A DNA stretch of 64,000 bases from an uncultured Candidatus Saccharibacteria bacterium. Its GTDB lineage: Bacteria; Patescibacteriota; Saccharimonadia; Saccharimonadales; CAZNVG01. The notes beneath the pieces are model-generated. The model made no database searches, was not told where the DNA came from, and was given only the letters and a program-made list of their open reading frames with translations. Shown in pieces: positions 27,328 to 38,635 of this stretch (its first letter is position 1; each line of letters opens with the position of its first letter). The stretch is taken from the NCBI GenBank assembly GCA_964576475.1, contig CAZNVG010000001.1:8367-72366 (forward strand). Reading direction: 5' to 3'. The position numbers were made by a program, and so were the translations under genes.

Positions 27328-29292
27328 ATGCCGCGATTTGAGCTCAATGCACAATACAAACCCACAGGAGATCAACCGAGCGCTATAGCGCAGCTTAATG
27401 CTGGATTGGAGTCTGGACAGAGAGAACAGGTGTTGCTCGGTGTAACTGGCTCGGGCAAGACCTTTACTATGGCTAATTTAATTGCCAAACGACAGAAGCC
27501 GACATTAGTACTAAGCCACAATAAAACTCTAGCAGCACAGCTGTATAACGAATTCAAAGAATTCTTTCCAAACAACTCAGTTCATTATTTTGTTAGCTAT
27601 TTTGATTATTACCAGCCAGAAGCATACGTGGCACGCTCAGATACCTACATAGAAAAAGATTCACAAATAAACGAAGAGATCGATCGACTTAGACACGCGG
27701 CAACCTCTGCGCTACTTACACAAAAAGACGTCATAATTGTAGCCAGCGTAAGTTGCATTTATGGAATTGGCTCAGTTGAAGACTACGACTCGTTAGCGGT
27801 CAGTATAGAACGGGGTGAAAAACGACGTCGAGATAAGTTGCTTCGTCACCTGTCAGACATCCAGTATCAACGAAATGACGTAGACTTTCATAGGTCAACA
27901 TTTCGAGTTCGCGGTGATGTGGTCGATATTTTCCCAGCTGGCGAACAATCAGCATTTCGTGTGGAGTTCTTCGGCGACGAGGTTGATAGAATTACACAAA
28001 TCAACCCTCTAACTGGTGAGATACTTGGCGATAAGCAGTCAATTAAAGTATTCCCAGGAAGTCACTACGTAACACCACAAGAAAAACTAAAAGACGCCAT
28101 CGATAAAATACGACAAGAGTTAGCATTACGATTAACATACTTTCGTTCGCAGGGATTGCTACTAGAAGCACAAAGACTAGAACAACGAACAAACTTTGAT
28201 TTAGAAATGCTTGAGGAGACCGGTTTTGTCAAAGGTATTGAAAACTATTCTAGGTACTTAACCAACCGCGAACCTGGTGAGCAGCCGGCGACTCTGATGG
28301 ACTATTTTCCTGATGACTATCTGATGTTTATTGATGAATCACATATGACACTACCGCAACTAAGGGGTATGTATAACGGGGATAGAGCTCGCAAAGAAGT
28401 ATTAGTTGAACACGGGTTCCGATTACCAAGCGCACTCGACAACAGACCTCTTATGTTCCAGGAATTTGAAAGACACATTAATCAAGTGGTGTACGTGTCA
28501 GCGACACCGAGCGAGTACGAACTTTCTCGGGGAGGCAAACCAGCTCAGCAAGTCATTCGCCCAACGGGTCTGCTCGATCCTGTGATAGAAATTAGACCAG
28601 TTAAAGGTCAGGTTGATGACTTACTAGCGGAGATCAGGTCTACCGTCGCGAAACATCAACGCGTCCTCGTCACAACGCTCACCAAACGTATGGCGGAAGA
28701 CCTAAGTGAATATCTGTCTGAGCTTAAAGTAAAAGTCCAATATCTACATTCTGACGTAGACACTATGGATAGAACAGACATATTACGAGACCTTAGACTT
28801 GGAGTGTACGACGTACTTATAGGCATAAACTTGCTTCGTGAAGGACTTGATCTGCCTGAAGTCTCGCTTGTCGCTATCCTTGATGCGGATAAAGAAGGTT
28901 TCCTACGCAGCGAGCAGGCACTTATACAGACTGTTGGTCGAGCAGCTAGGCATCAGGAAGGCCGTGTCATCATGTATGCCGACGTCATCACAGGATCAAT
29001 GAAGCGCACCATAGACGAGACAAACCGTCGTCGACTTATTCAGGACAAGCATAATAAAGACCACGACATAACACCTACGGGCGTTTTTAAATCCATTGGC
29101 GATGGCCTGCCAAGAGCTAAGAAAGATGAAGACGAGCCAGCTCGTATTGACCTTAAGAAAATACCTAAGGACGAATACACACACCTAGTGCGCGAACTAT
29201 CCTCACAAATGGAACTGGCAGCAGCAAATCTTGAGTTTGAGAAAGCAGCAGAGTTGCGCGACATAATTGACGACATCAAGTCTAAAATGTAG
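27328..29292 (+). CDS. uvrB: excinuclease ABC subunit B
   Basis: Walker [11 protein letters not shown], helicase motifs, and a C-terminal UVR domain ([10 protein letters not shown]). Confidence 0.9.
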   Translation: MPRFELNAQYKPTGDQPSAIAQLNAGLESGQREQVLLGVTGSGKTFTMANLIAKRQKPTLVLSHNKTLAAQLYNEFKEFFPNNSVHYFVSYFDYYQPEAYVARSDTYIEKDSQINEEIDRLRHAATSALLTQKDVIIVASVSCIYGIGSVEDYDSLAVSIERGEKRRRDKLLRHLSDIQYQRNDVDFHRSTFRVRGDVVDIFPAGEQSAFRVEFFGDEVDRITQINPLTGEILGDKQSIKVFPGSHYVTPQEKLKDAIDKIRQELALRLTYFRSQGLLLEAQRLEQRTNFDLEMLEETGFVKGIENYSRYLTNREPGEQPATLMDYFPDDYLMFIDESHMTLPQLRGMYNGDRARKEVLVEHGFRLPSALDNRPLMFQEFERHINQVVYVSATPSEYELSRGGKPAQQVIRPTGLLDPVIEIRPVKGQVDDLLAEIRSTVAKHQRVLVTTLTKRMAEDLSEYLSELKVKVQYLHSDVDTMDRTDILRDLRLGVYDVLIGINLLREGLDLPEVSLVAILDADKEGFLRSEQALIQTVGRAARHQEGRVIMYADVITGSMKRTIDETNRRRLIQDKHNKDHDITPTGVFKSIGDGLPRAKKDEDEPARIDLKKIPKDEYTHLVRELSSQMELAAANLEFEKAAELRDIIDDIKSKM

Positions 29293-29339
29293 TCACCCTT
29301 TGATAGTGCCGCAGTACTACTGGTATACTAGACAGCAAC

Positions 29340-29627
29340 ATGACACTAAACAACGATGATGTACTGCGCCTTGCGCAACTTTCAAAACTGCGACTAAACA
29401 AAGATGAGCAAGCACAAATGCTTGTTGAGTTGAACGCAATTATTGGGTACGTAGAGAAGTTGCAACAGGTTGATATAAGTGGCTTCGATCCTACGGCGCA
29501 GGTTACCGGCCTCACTAACGTGTTTCGTGAGGATAAGATTGAAGACCTGCACGTTTCAAAAGAAGAGCTGCTCAAGAATGCTCCCATGCAGCAAGATGGT
29601 TATATCAAAGTTAGGCGAGTGTTGTAG
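29340..29627 (+). CDS. gatC: Asp/Glu-tRNA amidotransferase subunit C
   Basis: 95 aa with the GatC pattern (LAQLSKLRLNKDE...GYV..L). Precedes gatA. Confidence 0.8.
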   Translation: MTLNNDDVLRLAQLSKLRLNKDEQAQMLVELNAIIGYVEKLQQVDISGFDPTAQVTGLTNVFREDKIEDLHVSKEELLKNAPMQQDGYIKVRRVL

Positions 29628-29629
29628 CC

Positions 29630-31042
29630 ATGAACACCATACTTATTGCCGATATTCAAAGTGCTCTGCAATCTGGAACAACTGTACGCACGATTGTCGA
29701 ACAATCAATTGCTCGAGCTAAGGCGGATGAAACTCACGCGTTGTTAGAGATAACAGAAGACTACGCACTTGCACAGGCAGATAAAGTCGACAAGGCTCTT
29801 CAAAATGGTGAAAACTTTGGCCCGCTTGCAGGTGTTCCCTTTGTCGCGAAAGACAATTTCCTAACATTTGCCGGACATACCACTGCCGCGAGCCATATAC
29901 TCGAAAACTTCCAAGCACCCTACCAGTCAACCGCAATACAAAAGCTAGAAGATGCCGGCGCCATACTCATAGGTAAGGCAAATCTTGATGCGTTCGCCCA
30001 TGGAAGCAGTACCGAGAACAGCGATTTCGGAGCTACAAAGAACCCATCAAATTTGAGTAAAGTACCCGGTGGTTCTTCTGGTGGGTCTGTCGCAGCAGTT
30101 GCCAGTGGCATCGTGCCGTTTGCTTTAGGTACAGACACTGGTGGATCTGTTCGACTACCCGCAAGCTTCTGCGGAGTCGTTGGGTTGAAGCCAACGTATG
30201 GTCTCATCTCAAGATTTGGCGTTATAGCAATGGCAAGCTCTACGGACTGCATTGGACCCATTGCGAACTCCTCAGGTGATGTCGCATTAGTGCTTGACAT
30301 ACTTAGTGGACGCGATCGAAGAGATGGCACAACGATAGACCGTGATGAAGCAAGCTATGTAAGCAAGCAAGAAACTATGAAAGGTAAGCGCTTTGGACTC
30401 ATTAAACAGTTCATGGATGCCGGACTAGCGCAGCCTGTTCGCGAAGCAATTGAGAAGGCGTGCAAAACAATTGAAAACGCCGGCGGCGAAGTGATTACGA
30501 TAGACCTACCTTCACTAGAATTAGCGCTTGCGTGCTACTACATCATCGTACCCGCAGAGATTAGCTCTAACCTTAATAGATACGACGGCATCCGCTATGG
30601 GCTCAGTGAGGACTCGGCCACATCACTCGATGAAACGTATGAACTCTCGCGATCTATTGGCTTCAATACGGAGAATAAGCGCCGTATTATGATTGGCACC
30701 TTTGTCACAAGTAGTGGCTATCATGATGCGTACTATCTCAAAGCTCAAACAGTACGGAGCAAGCTTATTGCTGAATTTACGAGCGCATTTGCGACTGTAG
30801 ATTTTCTCATTGGCCCCGTAGCTGCGAATACAGCTTTTGATTTAGGCTCCAAATCAAATGATCCTTTGGAAATGTATCTAACCGATATTATGACTGTAGC
30901 CGCAAATCTTGTCGGTATACCTAGTGTCAGCCTGCCGATTCCTGTCACAGACATGCCGGTAGGCCTGCAGGTTATGGCGCAACAGCGACATGATCGAAGC
31001 TTATTAGCAGTCGCTGGAGAACTTGAAAAGGAGTTAGCATGA
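29630..31042 (+). CDS. gatA: Asp/Glu-tRNA amidotransferase subunit A
   Basis: Amidase signature GGSSGGSVAAVASG...GTDTGGSVRLPA. Confidence 0.9.
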   Translation: MNTILIADIQSALQSGTTVRTIVEQSIARAKADETHALLEITEDYALAQADKVDKALQNGENFGPLAGVPFVAKDNFLTFAGHTTAASHILENFQAPYQSTAIQKLEDAGAILIGKANLDAFAHGSSTENSDFGATKNPSNLSKVPGGSSGGSVAAVASGIVPFALGTDTGGSVRLPASFCGVVGLKPTYGLISRFGVIAMASSTDCIGPIANSSGDVALVLDILSGRDRRDGTTIDRDEASYVSKQETMKGKRFGLIKQFMDAGLAQPVREAIEKACKTIENAGGEVITIDLPSLELALACYYIIVPAEISSNLNRYDGIRYGLSEDSATSLDETYELSRSIGFNTENKRRIMIGTFVTSSGYHDAYYLKAQTVRSKLIAEFTSAFATVDFLIGPVAANTAFDLGSKSNDPLEMYLTDIMTVAANLVGIPSVSLPIPVTDMPVGLQVMAQQRHDRSLLAVAGELEKELA

Positions 31043-31443
31043 TCATATCGCTTATCGCAATCGTACTACTTGGAGTATTAGCATTGCTAGCAGGCTACGG
31101 TGCATCAAGACTTAGGCGCACCGGCCTTGACCGAAGCTACTACCAGAAACGTTGGGATGAAATACAGTCTCTGCTCAAGTCTGCCGAGGGGCAACAGCTC
31201 TCGATAATTGAAGCAGACAAATTATTGGACGAAGCTCTCAGAAAGCTACGATTTTCCGGCAAGACAATGGGTGAAAGACTCGTATCGGCACAACGCAACT
31301 TTAGCAACCCCAACAACGTATGGACTGCACATAAGTTAAGAAATCGGGTTGTACATGAAGCAAGTGTTAAATTACAGAAGAGACAACTACAAGCCGCACT
31401 GGCTGCAATCCGCGTCGCTTTGAAGGATCTGGGAGCGCTATGA
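31039..31443 (+). CDS. hypothetical N-terminally anchored protein inserted between gatA and gatB
   Basis: 134-aa ORF that overlaps the gatA stop and the gatB start. N-terminal TM. No recognisable family. Confidence 0.45.
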   Translation: MIISLIAIVLLGVLALLAGYGASRLRRTGLDRSYYQKRWDEIQSLLKSAEGQQLSIIEADKLLDEALRKLRFSGKTMGERLVSAQRNFSNPNNVWTAHKLRNRVVHEASVKLQKRQLQAALAAIRVALKDLGAL

Positions 31444-32894
31444 TAATTACTGACGAAATTCGTGCCCAGTACAAACCGACAATTGGTATCGAATGTCACG
31501 TGCAGCTAAAGACTAAAACTAAGTTATTTGCACCCGTTGATAATGATGCTCGTGAATCAGAACCAAACACGAAAGTATCCGCTATCTGTTTAGGGCTACC
31601 CGGTGTACTGCCGGTACTTAATAAGTCGGCCGTTGACCTTGCAATACGAGCAGGAAGAGCATTGAATGCAACCATAAACACCCATAGCAGTTTTGACCGA
31701 AAGCATTATTTTTATCCAGACCTTCCAAAAGGTTATCAAATAACTCAGTTCCAAGCACCAATTGTTGGCGAAGGCGCAGTCGTAGTACCTACAGAGAAGG
31801 GGAGTATAACAGTTCGAATTACACGTGCACATCTAGAAGAAGACGCTGGCAAGTCTACCCATCCTTCTGGAGCCGATTACTCATTAGTAGATTTAAATAG
31901 AGCTGGCACACCACTTCTTGAAATTGTCTCAGAGCCAGACATGCATTCGCCTGCAGAAGCAAGAGCTTTCGCTCATGAACTCTATTTGCTCATGAAATAT
32001 GCAGATGTTTCTGAGGCAGATTTATTTCACGGTAATATGCGCTTCGATGTAAACGTCTCTCTAGCGCCAGTAGACAGTAACGAACTCGGTCTAAGAGCAG
32101 AAGTGAAAAACATAAACTCGTTTCGTAGCGTCGAACGTGCTGTTGAATACGAAATTAAACGCCAGATCGAGCTACTTGAAAAAGGACAGACGATCGTTCA
32201 GGAAACGCGTGGTTGGGATGAAGATAAAGGAAAAACTATCTCTCAGCGTAGCAAGGAAAATGCCCACGACTATCGCTATTTTCCCGATCCTGACATACCT
32301 CCCGTGCTACTCACCCAACAATACATTGATAATGCCGTAAGCAATATGCCTACATTGCCGCAAGAATATAGGAGCGAATTTACGACTATTGGTCTTACTC
32401 CGAGTGTAACTGAAAGTCTATTAGAGAATCCGGAAGAGACGCAACTAATCCATGATGTACATGCAACCTATGGACTTGAAAATGCGAGACAGATTGCTCT
32501 ATGGATTGTTAATGTTTTACGAGCAGATCAGAACGACCTTACTGTAAAAAACACGCCTGATACTAGAGACAGACTTCAAAAACTTGCTGCGATGGTCGAA
32601 GCGAACGAACTAAGCTCAACTGCAGCAAAAGAAGTTTTCTTGACTGTAGTTGCAAACGGTAGTGATCCCCGGAAAGTCGCTGAGCAATCTGGCTTACTCC
32701 AGAATTCAAATGCAGATGATATAGCTATCTACGTACAGGAAGCCATTGCAGCCAACCCTAAAGCGGCCGAAGACGTCACAAACGGTGAAATGAAGGCGAT
32801 AGGCTTTTTGGTGGGCCAAATAATGAAGAAGAGCAAAGGGCAGGCAAATCCTAGTCTGGTTACACAAGAAATCAAAAAGCAACTAGGCGCTTAA
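31440..32894 (+). CDS. gatB: Asp/Glu-tRNA amidotransferase subunit B
   Basis: GatB N-terminal pattern (IGIECHVQL...) and a C-terminal GatB/YqeY domain. Confidence 0.9.
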   Translation: MIITDEIRAQYKPTIGIECHVQLKTKTKLFAPVDNDARESEPNTKVSAICLGLPGVLPVLNKSAVDLAIRAGRALNATINTHSSFDRKHYFYPDLPKGYQITQFQAPIVGEGAVVVPTEKGSITVRITRAHLEEDAGKSTHPSGADYSLVDLNRAGTPLLEIVSEPDMHSPAEARAFAHELYLLMKYADVSEADLFHGNMRFDVNVSLAPVDSNELGLRAEVKNINSFRSVERAVEYEIKRQIELLEKGQTIVQETRGWDEDKGKTISQRSKENAHDYRYFPDPDIPPVLLTQQYIDNAVSNMPTLPQEYRSEFTTIGLTPSVTESLLENPEETQLIHDVHATYGLENARQIALWIVNVLRADQNDLTVKNTPDTRDRLQKLAAMVEANELSSTAAKEVFLTVVANGSDPRKVAEQSGLLQNSNADDIAIYVQEAIAANPKAAEDVTNGEMKAIGFLVGQIMKKSKGQANPSLVTQEIKKQLGA

Positions 32895-32968
32895 AGTCGA
32901 TACACATATAATTTGTAGTATATTTTAGCAATAGAGTATACTGGACATAACAGAGGGGAAAACTAATC

Positions 32969-33223
32969 ATGGACGCATACAATATACTGGTAATAGTTCT
33001 TTCGCTAACGCTAGCAGTGTTACTGATAGCTACAATCGTACTAATTATAAGTATTACGAAGCTTGTTAAATACCTGCAGCATTTAACAGAGAGAGCTGAA
33101 GATGTCATGGATGACGTAGAGGCCGTAGGAGAGTTTTTCAAAAAAAGTAGCGCACCTATCGCACTAGCAAAGCTAGTAGGTAATATAGTGTCAAATTATA
33201 GTAACCACAAGAAAAAGGGGTAA
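32969..33223 (+). CDS. small membrane protein, hypothetical
   Basis: 84-aa ORF with one TM. First of a trio of small genes. Confidence 0.35.
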   Translation: MDAYNILVIVLSLTLAVLLIATIVLIISITKLVKYLQHLTERAEDVMDDVEAVGEFFKKSSAPIALAKLVGNIVSNYSNHKKKG

Positions 33224-33225
33224 GT

Positions 33226-33630
33226 ATGTCCAAGAAAAATGATGCAAAAAAAGGTCTCGCAGTTGGAGCCGTATTTGGAGCAATTGCTGGTTTAGTAACA
33301 GGTTTTTTGACTGCTCCTAAAAGCGGCAAAGAAACTCGTGAGAAAATCAAGGAAAAAGCTGAGCAAGTCACATCAGATGGTGAAAAACAGCTTAAAAACC
33401 TTTATCGTGATCTTTCGTCACAAGGCGAAGACCTCGCAAAAAAGGCCGAGAAGGCAGTCGGAAAAGCTAAGTCTGAAGTAGAAAGCGTATTACCAAAAAT
33501 TGATGACGCTAAGGATAAGATAAAGGAACTCCTAAGTACGGTTCGCGATGGAGAAGCCGACGAAAAGACAGTCCAAAAGGCAATCAAAGAAGCAAAATCA
33601 CTTCGAGACGAAATTTCTAAAAAGAAGTAG
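33226..33630 (+). CDS. YtxH-like domain protein (general stress protein family)
   Basis: N-terminus GLAVGAVFGAIAGLVTGFLTAPKSGKETREKIKEKAE is a YtxH signature. Lys/Glu-rich helical remainder. Confidence 0.5.
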   Translation: MSKKNDAKKGLAVGAVFGAIAGLVTGFLTAPKSGKETREKIKEKAEQVTSDGEKQLKNLYRDLSSQGEDLAKKAEKAVGKAKSEVESVLPKIDDAKDKIKELLSTVRDGEADEKTVQKAIKEAKSLRDEISKKK

Positions 33631-33633
33631 CGT

Positions 33634-33897
33634 ATGCCCGTCAAAACACAAACCAAAGATATAGATTACGAAAGAATTGGACGAGCTATTGAAGAAGTAG
33701 TTATTTCCGGCCATGCCCGAAAACTTCGCCTAATGTGGCATAACTTTTTGCGTGGCGTATGTTTCGGACTAGGTAGTGTTATCGGCGGTACGGTCATGGT
33801 AGCTTTTGTACTATGGATTCTGTCTGCATTTGACTCTGTACCTCTTGCAGGTCATTTTATCCAGTCACTGCGAGACACTATACACAACGTTCGCTAG
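33634..33897 (+). CDS. small membrane protein (DUF-type, often paired with YtxH)
   Basis: 87 aa, one or two TM. Translationally adjacent to the YtxH gene. Confidence 0.35.
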   Translation: MPVKTQTKDIDYERIGRAIEEVVISGHARKLRLMWHNFLRGVCFGLGSVIGGTVMVAFVLWILSAFDSVPLAGHFIQSLRDTIHNVR

Positions 33898-33944
33898 AGT
33901 AATCTCTAGATCACCAACACTAATTCTAAGGAAATGCTACACCA

Positions 33945-36900
33945 GTGCAAAAGAAACTCACTGCCAAAGATTATGTTCATTTGCATAATCACACCCATCA
34001 CAGCCTTCTGGACGGACTACAGAAAATTCCTGCAATGGTTGAGCGCGCCAAGGAATTGGGAATGGAGTCTATCGCTATCACCGATCATGGCACGTTGTCG
34101 GGTGCTATAGAGTTTTATAAGGAAGCAACAGCACAGGGTATAAAACCAATAATCGGCATAGAGACCTACGTAGCATCTCGGTCGCACACTGATAAAGACC
34201 CTACCAAGGATAAAGGACGTTTTCATCTTATCTTGTTGGCGATGAATAACACTGGCTATGAAAACTTGATGCGTCTTTCAACCATAGCGAACTTAGACGG
34301 CTTCTATCACAAGCCTCGTATTGATCATGAACTGCTAGAGAAGTATAACGAAGGTCTTATTTGTTTATCAGGCTGCATTGGTGGCGAGATAGGCGACGCT
34401 TATAGGTCAGGACGAGATAAGGATGCAGAGCAAATAGCATCATGGTACAAAAGTATATTTGGTGATAGATATTACTTTGAGGTACAGGACCACGGCCATT
34501 CTTGGCAAGAGCAGAAGGTAGTTAACGAGAAACTCCTTGCGCTAAGTAAAAAGCTAGACATTCCTGCAGTCGTTACATGTGATGCACATTATCTTACACA
34601 CGAAGATCAAGAAGCGCATGAGATATTGCTCTGTGTGCAAACTGGCTCGTTTTTATCAGATCAGGATAGGATGAGTCTCAAGGACACAGATCTCTACCTT
34701 ACCGATCCTAAAGACGTGATAGAGAGATGGGGCGACAATCCTGAAGTCATTAGCAACACGAAAGCTATTGCAGACCGTTGTCATATTGATATTGAAATTG
34801 GTAAGATTCTAATTCCAAAGTTCGAAGTGCCTGAGGGCGAGACGGAAAAAACGTTCCTTATTAAGAATGTCTATCAAGGCCTCGCTTGGCGCTATGGAGA
34901 CATGACTGAGTCGGAGGCCGAGCAACTCACAATCGAACAAGCAAAACAAATGCTTCCGAATGAAGTATTGAGTCGCGTTGAATTCGAACTTGGCGTAATA
35001 GACACAATGGGCTTCTGCGGATACTTTTTGATTGTTTCTGATTTTATTCAATGGGGAAAAGACCAAGGTATTGTATTTGGACCTGGGCGCGGATCGGCTG
35101 CAGGTTCCATTGTTGCTTATTCTCTAAAGATTACCGACTTGGATCCAATAAAGTACGATTTACTGTTTGAAAGATTCCTTAATCCAGACCGTATCTCTAT
35201 GCCTGATATTGATATTGATATCCAGGATACGAGACGGGATGAGGTAATTCAGTATTGTGTACACAAATATGGGCAAGAACGAGTCGCCAACATCGTGACA
35301 TTCGGTACTATGGCTGCTCGAAATGCCATCCGCGATGTCGCGCGAGTACTTCAAGTTCCGTACGCAGACGCAGATCATCTCGCAAAACTAGTACCTCCAC
35401 CTGTCCAGGGTAGACATATTCCACTGAAGAAGTCTATTCAGGACGATCCTGATCTAAAAAGTGAATATGATAACAACGAACAGAGTCGTCGCGTCATGGA
35501 CCTTGCGGTCAAAATGGAAGGCACCATTCGATCTCATGGCGTGCATGCCGCTGGTGTCGTCATCGCTCCAGCTGAATTAGTACGCTACGCACCGCTTGAA
35601 ATGGCACAGAAGGGTGTTGTCACTACACAGTACTCTATGGGTATCATTGAAGATCTTGGCTTGCTCAAGATGGACTTTTTGGGACTTTCGAACTTAACGA
35701 TTATTAAAAATGCCCTGAGAATTATTAAACGTGTCCATAACGAAGACGTAGACATTAACACACTGCCACTAGACGATGTACCAACTTTTGAATTACTTGG
35801 AAGGGGTGATACGACTGGAGTATTTCAGTTTGAATCGTCAGGAATGAAACGTTACCTTCGTGAATTAAAGCCCACGGTTTTTGATGACATCATTGCTATG
35901 GGTGCACTATACAGGCCAGGGCCGCTTACGGCAGGACTGACCCAAAAATTTATCGACAGAAAAAATGGACGTGAACCGGTCACTTTTGAACACGAAAAAA
36001 TGAAGAACGCGCTCGGTAATACTTACGGTGTGCTTGTTTTTCAGGAACAAGTGATGCAAATAGCTAAAGACATGTCCGGGTTTACTGGGGGTCAAGCTGA
36101 CACCTTAAGAAAAGCTATCGGTAAGAAAAAACGCGACGTCATGGATAAGATGAAGCAAGATTTCGTAAACGGCGCAGCGGAACATTCAGGTGTTAAGAAA
36201 CAAGTCGTTGAAAAATTTTGGAAAGATCTTGAAGGCTTCGCCGACTATGCCTTCAACAAGTCGCACGCTGCCTGTTATGCGCTAATTTCATATTGGACCG
36301 CATACCTTAAAGCGCATTATCCTGCGGCCTTTATGGCGGCATTAATGACGAGTGACTACGATGATACTGATCGTTTAGCAATTGAGATTAGCGAATGTAA
36401 GAACATGGGTTTAACAGTGTTGGCGCCAGATATAAATCAGTCATTTGCCGAATTCGCAGTGGTGCCGGACACGAATCAGATTAGATTTGGGCTTTCAGCA
36501 ATCAAAAACGTAGGTGTTGGTGCTGTCGAAATGATAGTAAAAGAACGTGACGGCGGTGGTGAATTCAAGACTATTGAAGACTTTGTAAAGCGCGTTAGCA
36601 CTCGTACTGTAAACAGAAAAGTATGGGAGAGCTTGGTAAAGTCAGGTGCCTTTGATCGTTTCGGAGATCGTGGCGATATTCTCTATAGCTTGGACGATAT
36701 ACTCGGGTTCGGCGCTAAGTATCAAAAAGATACTGCAAGCGGTCAGACGGATCTGTTTGGTGGTTTGGCTGGACAAATCATAGAAACCTCACACCTTGCA
36801 CTGAAACGCAACCCGACTCCTGTCGAGGAAAAAGAATGGCTACAATGGGAGCGAGAACTGCTAGGAATCTATCTTTCCTCACACCCTCTCGAACCATACG

Positions 36901-37541
36901 AACGTTTCTTGCAAGAAATGGCGGTACCGATGAATAAACTAGAAGCAAACATGGACAACAAGACAGCGACCATAGGCGGACTCGTCACTACAATCCGTGA
37001 AATTGTTACGAAAAATGGGCAGAAAATGGCATTTGTAGGAATGGCTGACTTAATGGGCGAGCTGGAAGTAATTATATTTCCAAGCATTTACACAGAACAA
37101 CCCGAGTTATGGGTTAAGGACAAAGTGCTACTCGTCAAAGGTAAGCTCAATGCAAAAGATCGAGACGGCAGGATGACAAGTGAAGTCAAGTTATTGGCAG
37201 CTGAAGCAAGCGAGATTACTACTGATGTCTTAGCGGCGTTTCGGCCAACCGGTAAAACAGCGAAACTTCCTAAAGCTAAAAAAGAAAGCGACACCAGCAC
37301 TCCAGAGACACCTTCGCACAGCACACTCTATATGCAAATAGAGTCTGCAAACGACCAAGACAAACTTGCGTCCATAAAGTCTCTCTTGGAATCACACCCG
37401 GGAACACAGAAAGCAGTGCTCGTAATTGGTAAAGAACTCAATAAAAGAGCAATTAGATTACCGTTCGGAGTTAGCATCTCACCCAAAATCAAAGAAGAAC
37501 TTGAAGCACTACTAGGCAAAGATTGCGTTGCTCTGCGCTAG
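33945..37541 (+). CDS. dnaE: DNA polymerase III alpha subunit
   Basis: PHP domain (HLHNHTHHSLLDG), polymerase core, OB fold. 1198 aa. GTG start. Confidence 0.9.
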   Translation: MQKKLTAKDYVHLHNHTHHSLLDGLQKIPAMVERAKELGMESIAITDHGTLSGAIEFYKEATAQGIKPIIGIETYVASRSHTDKDPTKDKGRFHLILLAMNNTGYENLMRLSTIANLDGFYHKPRIDHELLEKYNEGLICLSGCIGGEIGDAYRSGRDKDAEQIASWYKSIFGDRYYFEVQDHGHSWQEQKVVNEKLLALSKKLDIPAVVTCDAHYLTHEDQEAHEILLCVQTGSFLSDQDRMSLKDTDLYLTDPKDVIERWGDNPEVISNTKAIADRCHIDIEIGKILIPKFEVPEGETEKTFLIKNVYQGLAWRYGDMTESEAEQLTIEQAKQMLPNEVLSRVEFELGVIDTMGFCGYFLIVSDFIQWGKDQGIVFGPGRGSAAGSIVAYSLKITDLDPIKYDLLFERFLNPDRISMPDIDIDIQDTRRDEVIQYCVHKYGQERVANIVTFGTMAARNAIRDVARVLQVPYADADHLAKLVPPPVQGRHIPLKKSIQDDPDLKSEYDNNEQSRRVMDLAVKMEGTIRSHGVHAAGVVIAPAELVRYAPLEMAQKGVVTTQYSMGIIEDLGLLKMDFLGLSNLTIIKNALRIIKRVHNEDVDINTLPLDDVPTFELLGRGDTTGVFQFESSGMKRYLRELKPTVFDDIIAMGALYRPGPLTAGLTQKFIDRKNGREPVTFEHEKMKNALGNTYGVLVFQEQVMQIAKDMSGFTGGQADTLRKAIGKKKRDVMDKMKQDFVNGAAEHSGVKKQVVEKFWKDLEGFADYAFNKSHAACYALISYWTAYLKAHYPAAFMAALMTSDYDDTDRLAIEISECKNMGLTVLAPDINQSFAEFAVVPDTNQIRFGLSAIKNVGVGAVEMIVKERDGGGEFKTIEDFVKRVSTRTVNRKVWESLVKSGAFDRFGDRGDILYSLDDILGFGAKYQKDTASGQTDLFGGLAGQIIETSHLALKRNPTPVEEKEWLQWERELLGIYLSSHPLEPYERFLQEMAVPMNKLEANMDNKTATIGGLVTTIREIVTKNGQKMAFVGMADLMGELEVIIFPSIYTEQPELWVKDKVLLVKGKLNAKDRDGRMTSEVKLLAAEASEITTDVLAAFRPTGKTAKLPKAKKESDTSTPETPSHSTLYMQIESANDQDKLASIKSLLESHPGTQKAVLVIGKELNKRAIRLPFGVSISPKIKEELEALLGKDCVALR

Positions 37542-38560
37542 AGTATTGTGCCGCTCGTGCCGGCAAACAATAGTATCATTGCTATGCTCAGTAGACTTAC
37601 CTCAACCGCAGGGTGTGTCAGTACAAACTCTTCACCTTCCACGAGTGCGCGCTTAAGTCTCATTGTGTGCTTGGCAGCAAACCATACGCTTCCTAGTGAC
37701 AGTGCGATAAAAGAGACGTAGATACTTAGCCCTGCCGAGCCTGACATGAGTCTGCTAAATCGAGAGGCCGATTTACTCGTGGGCTGATCTGAAGCAAGCC
37801 TGAGGCTCGTAAACGGCTTCTCTTCTTCTGGTTCCGCGGGTGGTTCTATGGGTGTTTCTGGTGCGGGTGTTGGCGTAGGAGTGGGTGCGGGAGTGGGTGC
37901 GGGGGTTGGTGCGGGAGTGGGTGCGGGGGTTGGTGCAGGAGGTGATGGCTTTATTGAGCTTGGCGGGGTTGGTGCAGGGGTTGGTGCAGGGGTTGGTGCA
38001 GGGGTTGGTGCAGGGGTTGGTGCAGGCTGACCATACATCGCGACAACAACTGTGTTTTGACCTCCTTGAAAGTTTGCTCCATTTGCAATACCGAAACCTA
38101 CGTCTACATAGGCCGCATCAAGCACGTTAGCGCGATGAGTCGCACTATTCATCCAACCAGTCACGACGGCGCTACTATTATCAAATCCATACGCCAGATT
38201 CTCCCCAGCCTTATAGTATGAGTATCCTGCGTTCGTTATGAAAACCCACGGTGGATTTCCTTCAGGTGTATTGTGGCTCCAATAGTTACGGGCGATCATG
38301 TCATTCGCCTTAGCTTGTGCGGCACTCGTAAGCTTACTATTTAGATTCAATGAAGGAAGGCCGTTTTGTGAACGCTGCCCATTCTGAGATGACTGTAGTC
38401 CATCAACTGAAATATTAGTAGCATATGCGAGCACATGCGTGCGCTGAGGTACATGCGCTGCTAGCTGGGCAATTATTGATACGCTGAGCAGTGCTATAAC
38501 ACCATACCGTGCTATGAATGACTGATGACGTTTTGCTTTGTGTTGTTTATTTTTGGGCAT
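37538..38560 (-). CDS. CAP (SCP/PR-1-like) domain protein with Pro-Thr-Ala repeat linker and C-terminal TM anchor
   Basis: CAP core NYWSHNTPEGNPPW...GENLAYGF...ATHRANVLD. Linker (PAPTPAPT)n. N-terminal signal/TM and C-terminal hydrophobic anchor. Confidence 0.6.
   Translation of the reverse strand: MPKNKQHKAKRHQSFIARYGVIALLSVSIIAQLAAHVPQRTHVLAYATNISVDGLQSSQNGQRSQNGLPSLNLNSKLTSAAQAKANDMIARNYWSHNTPEGNPPWVFITNAGYSYYKAGENLAYGFDNSSAVVTGWMNSATHRANVLDAAYVDVGFGIANGANFQGGQNTVVVAMYGQPAPTPAPTPAPTPAPTPAPTPPSSIKPSPPAPTPAPTPAPTPAPTPAPTPTPTPAPETPIEPPAEPEEEKPFTSLRLASDQPTSKSASRFSRLMSGSAGLSIYVSFIALSLGSVWFAAKHTMRLKRALVEGEEFVLTHPAVEVSLLSIAMILLFAGTSGTIL
37855..38030. repeat. tandem 12/24-nt repeats (GGGGTTGGTGCA and GGGAGTGGGTGCGGGGGTTGGTGC units) encoding the PT-repeat linker
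   Basis: Seen directly. On the + strand these are spurious GVGAG ORFs; on the coding strand they give PAPTPAPT. Confidence 0.7.
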
Positions 38561-38635
38561 ATATAAGCCTTACGCTTATACTTATTCTACGAGAGTTTTT
38601 GACAGATGGCAATGTGTTTTGCGAGTCTTTTGGGG

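Noticed and set aside
37848-38130. + strand ORFs encoding (GVGAG)n and LVQGLVQ repeats
   Set aside because: These are frame artefacts of the tandem DNA repeat inside the minus-strand CAP-domain gene.
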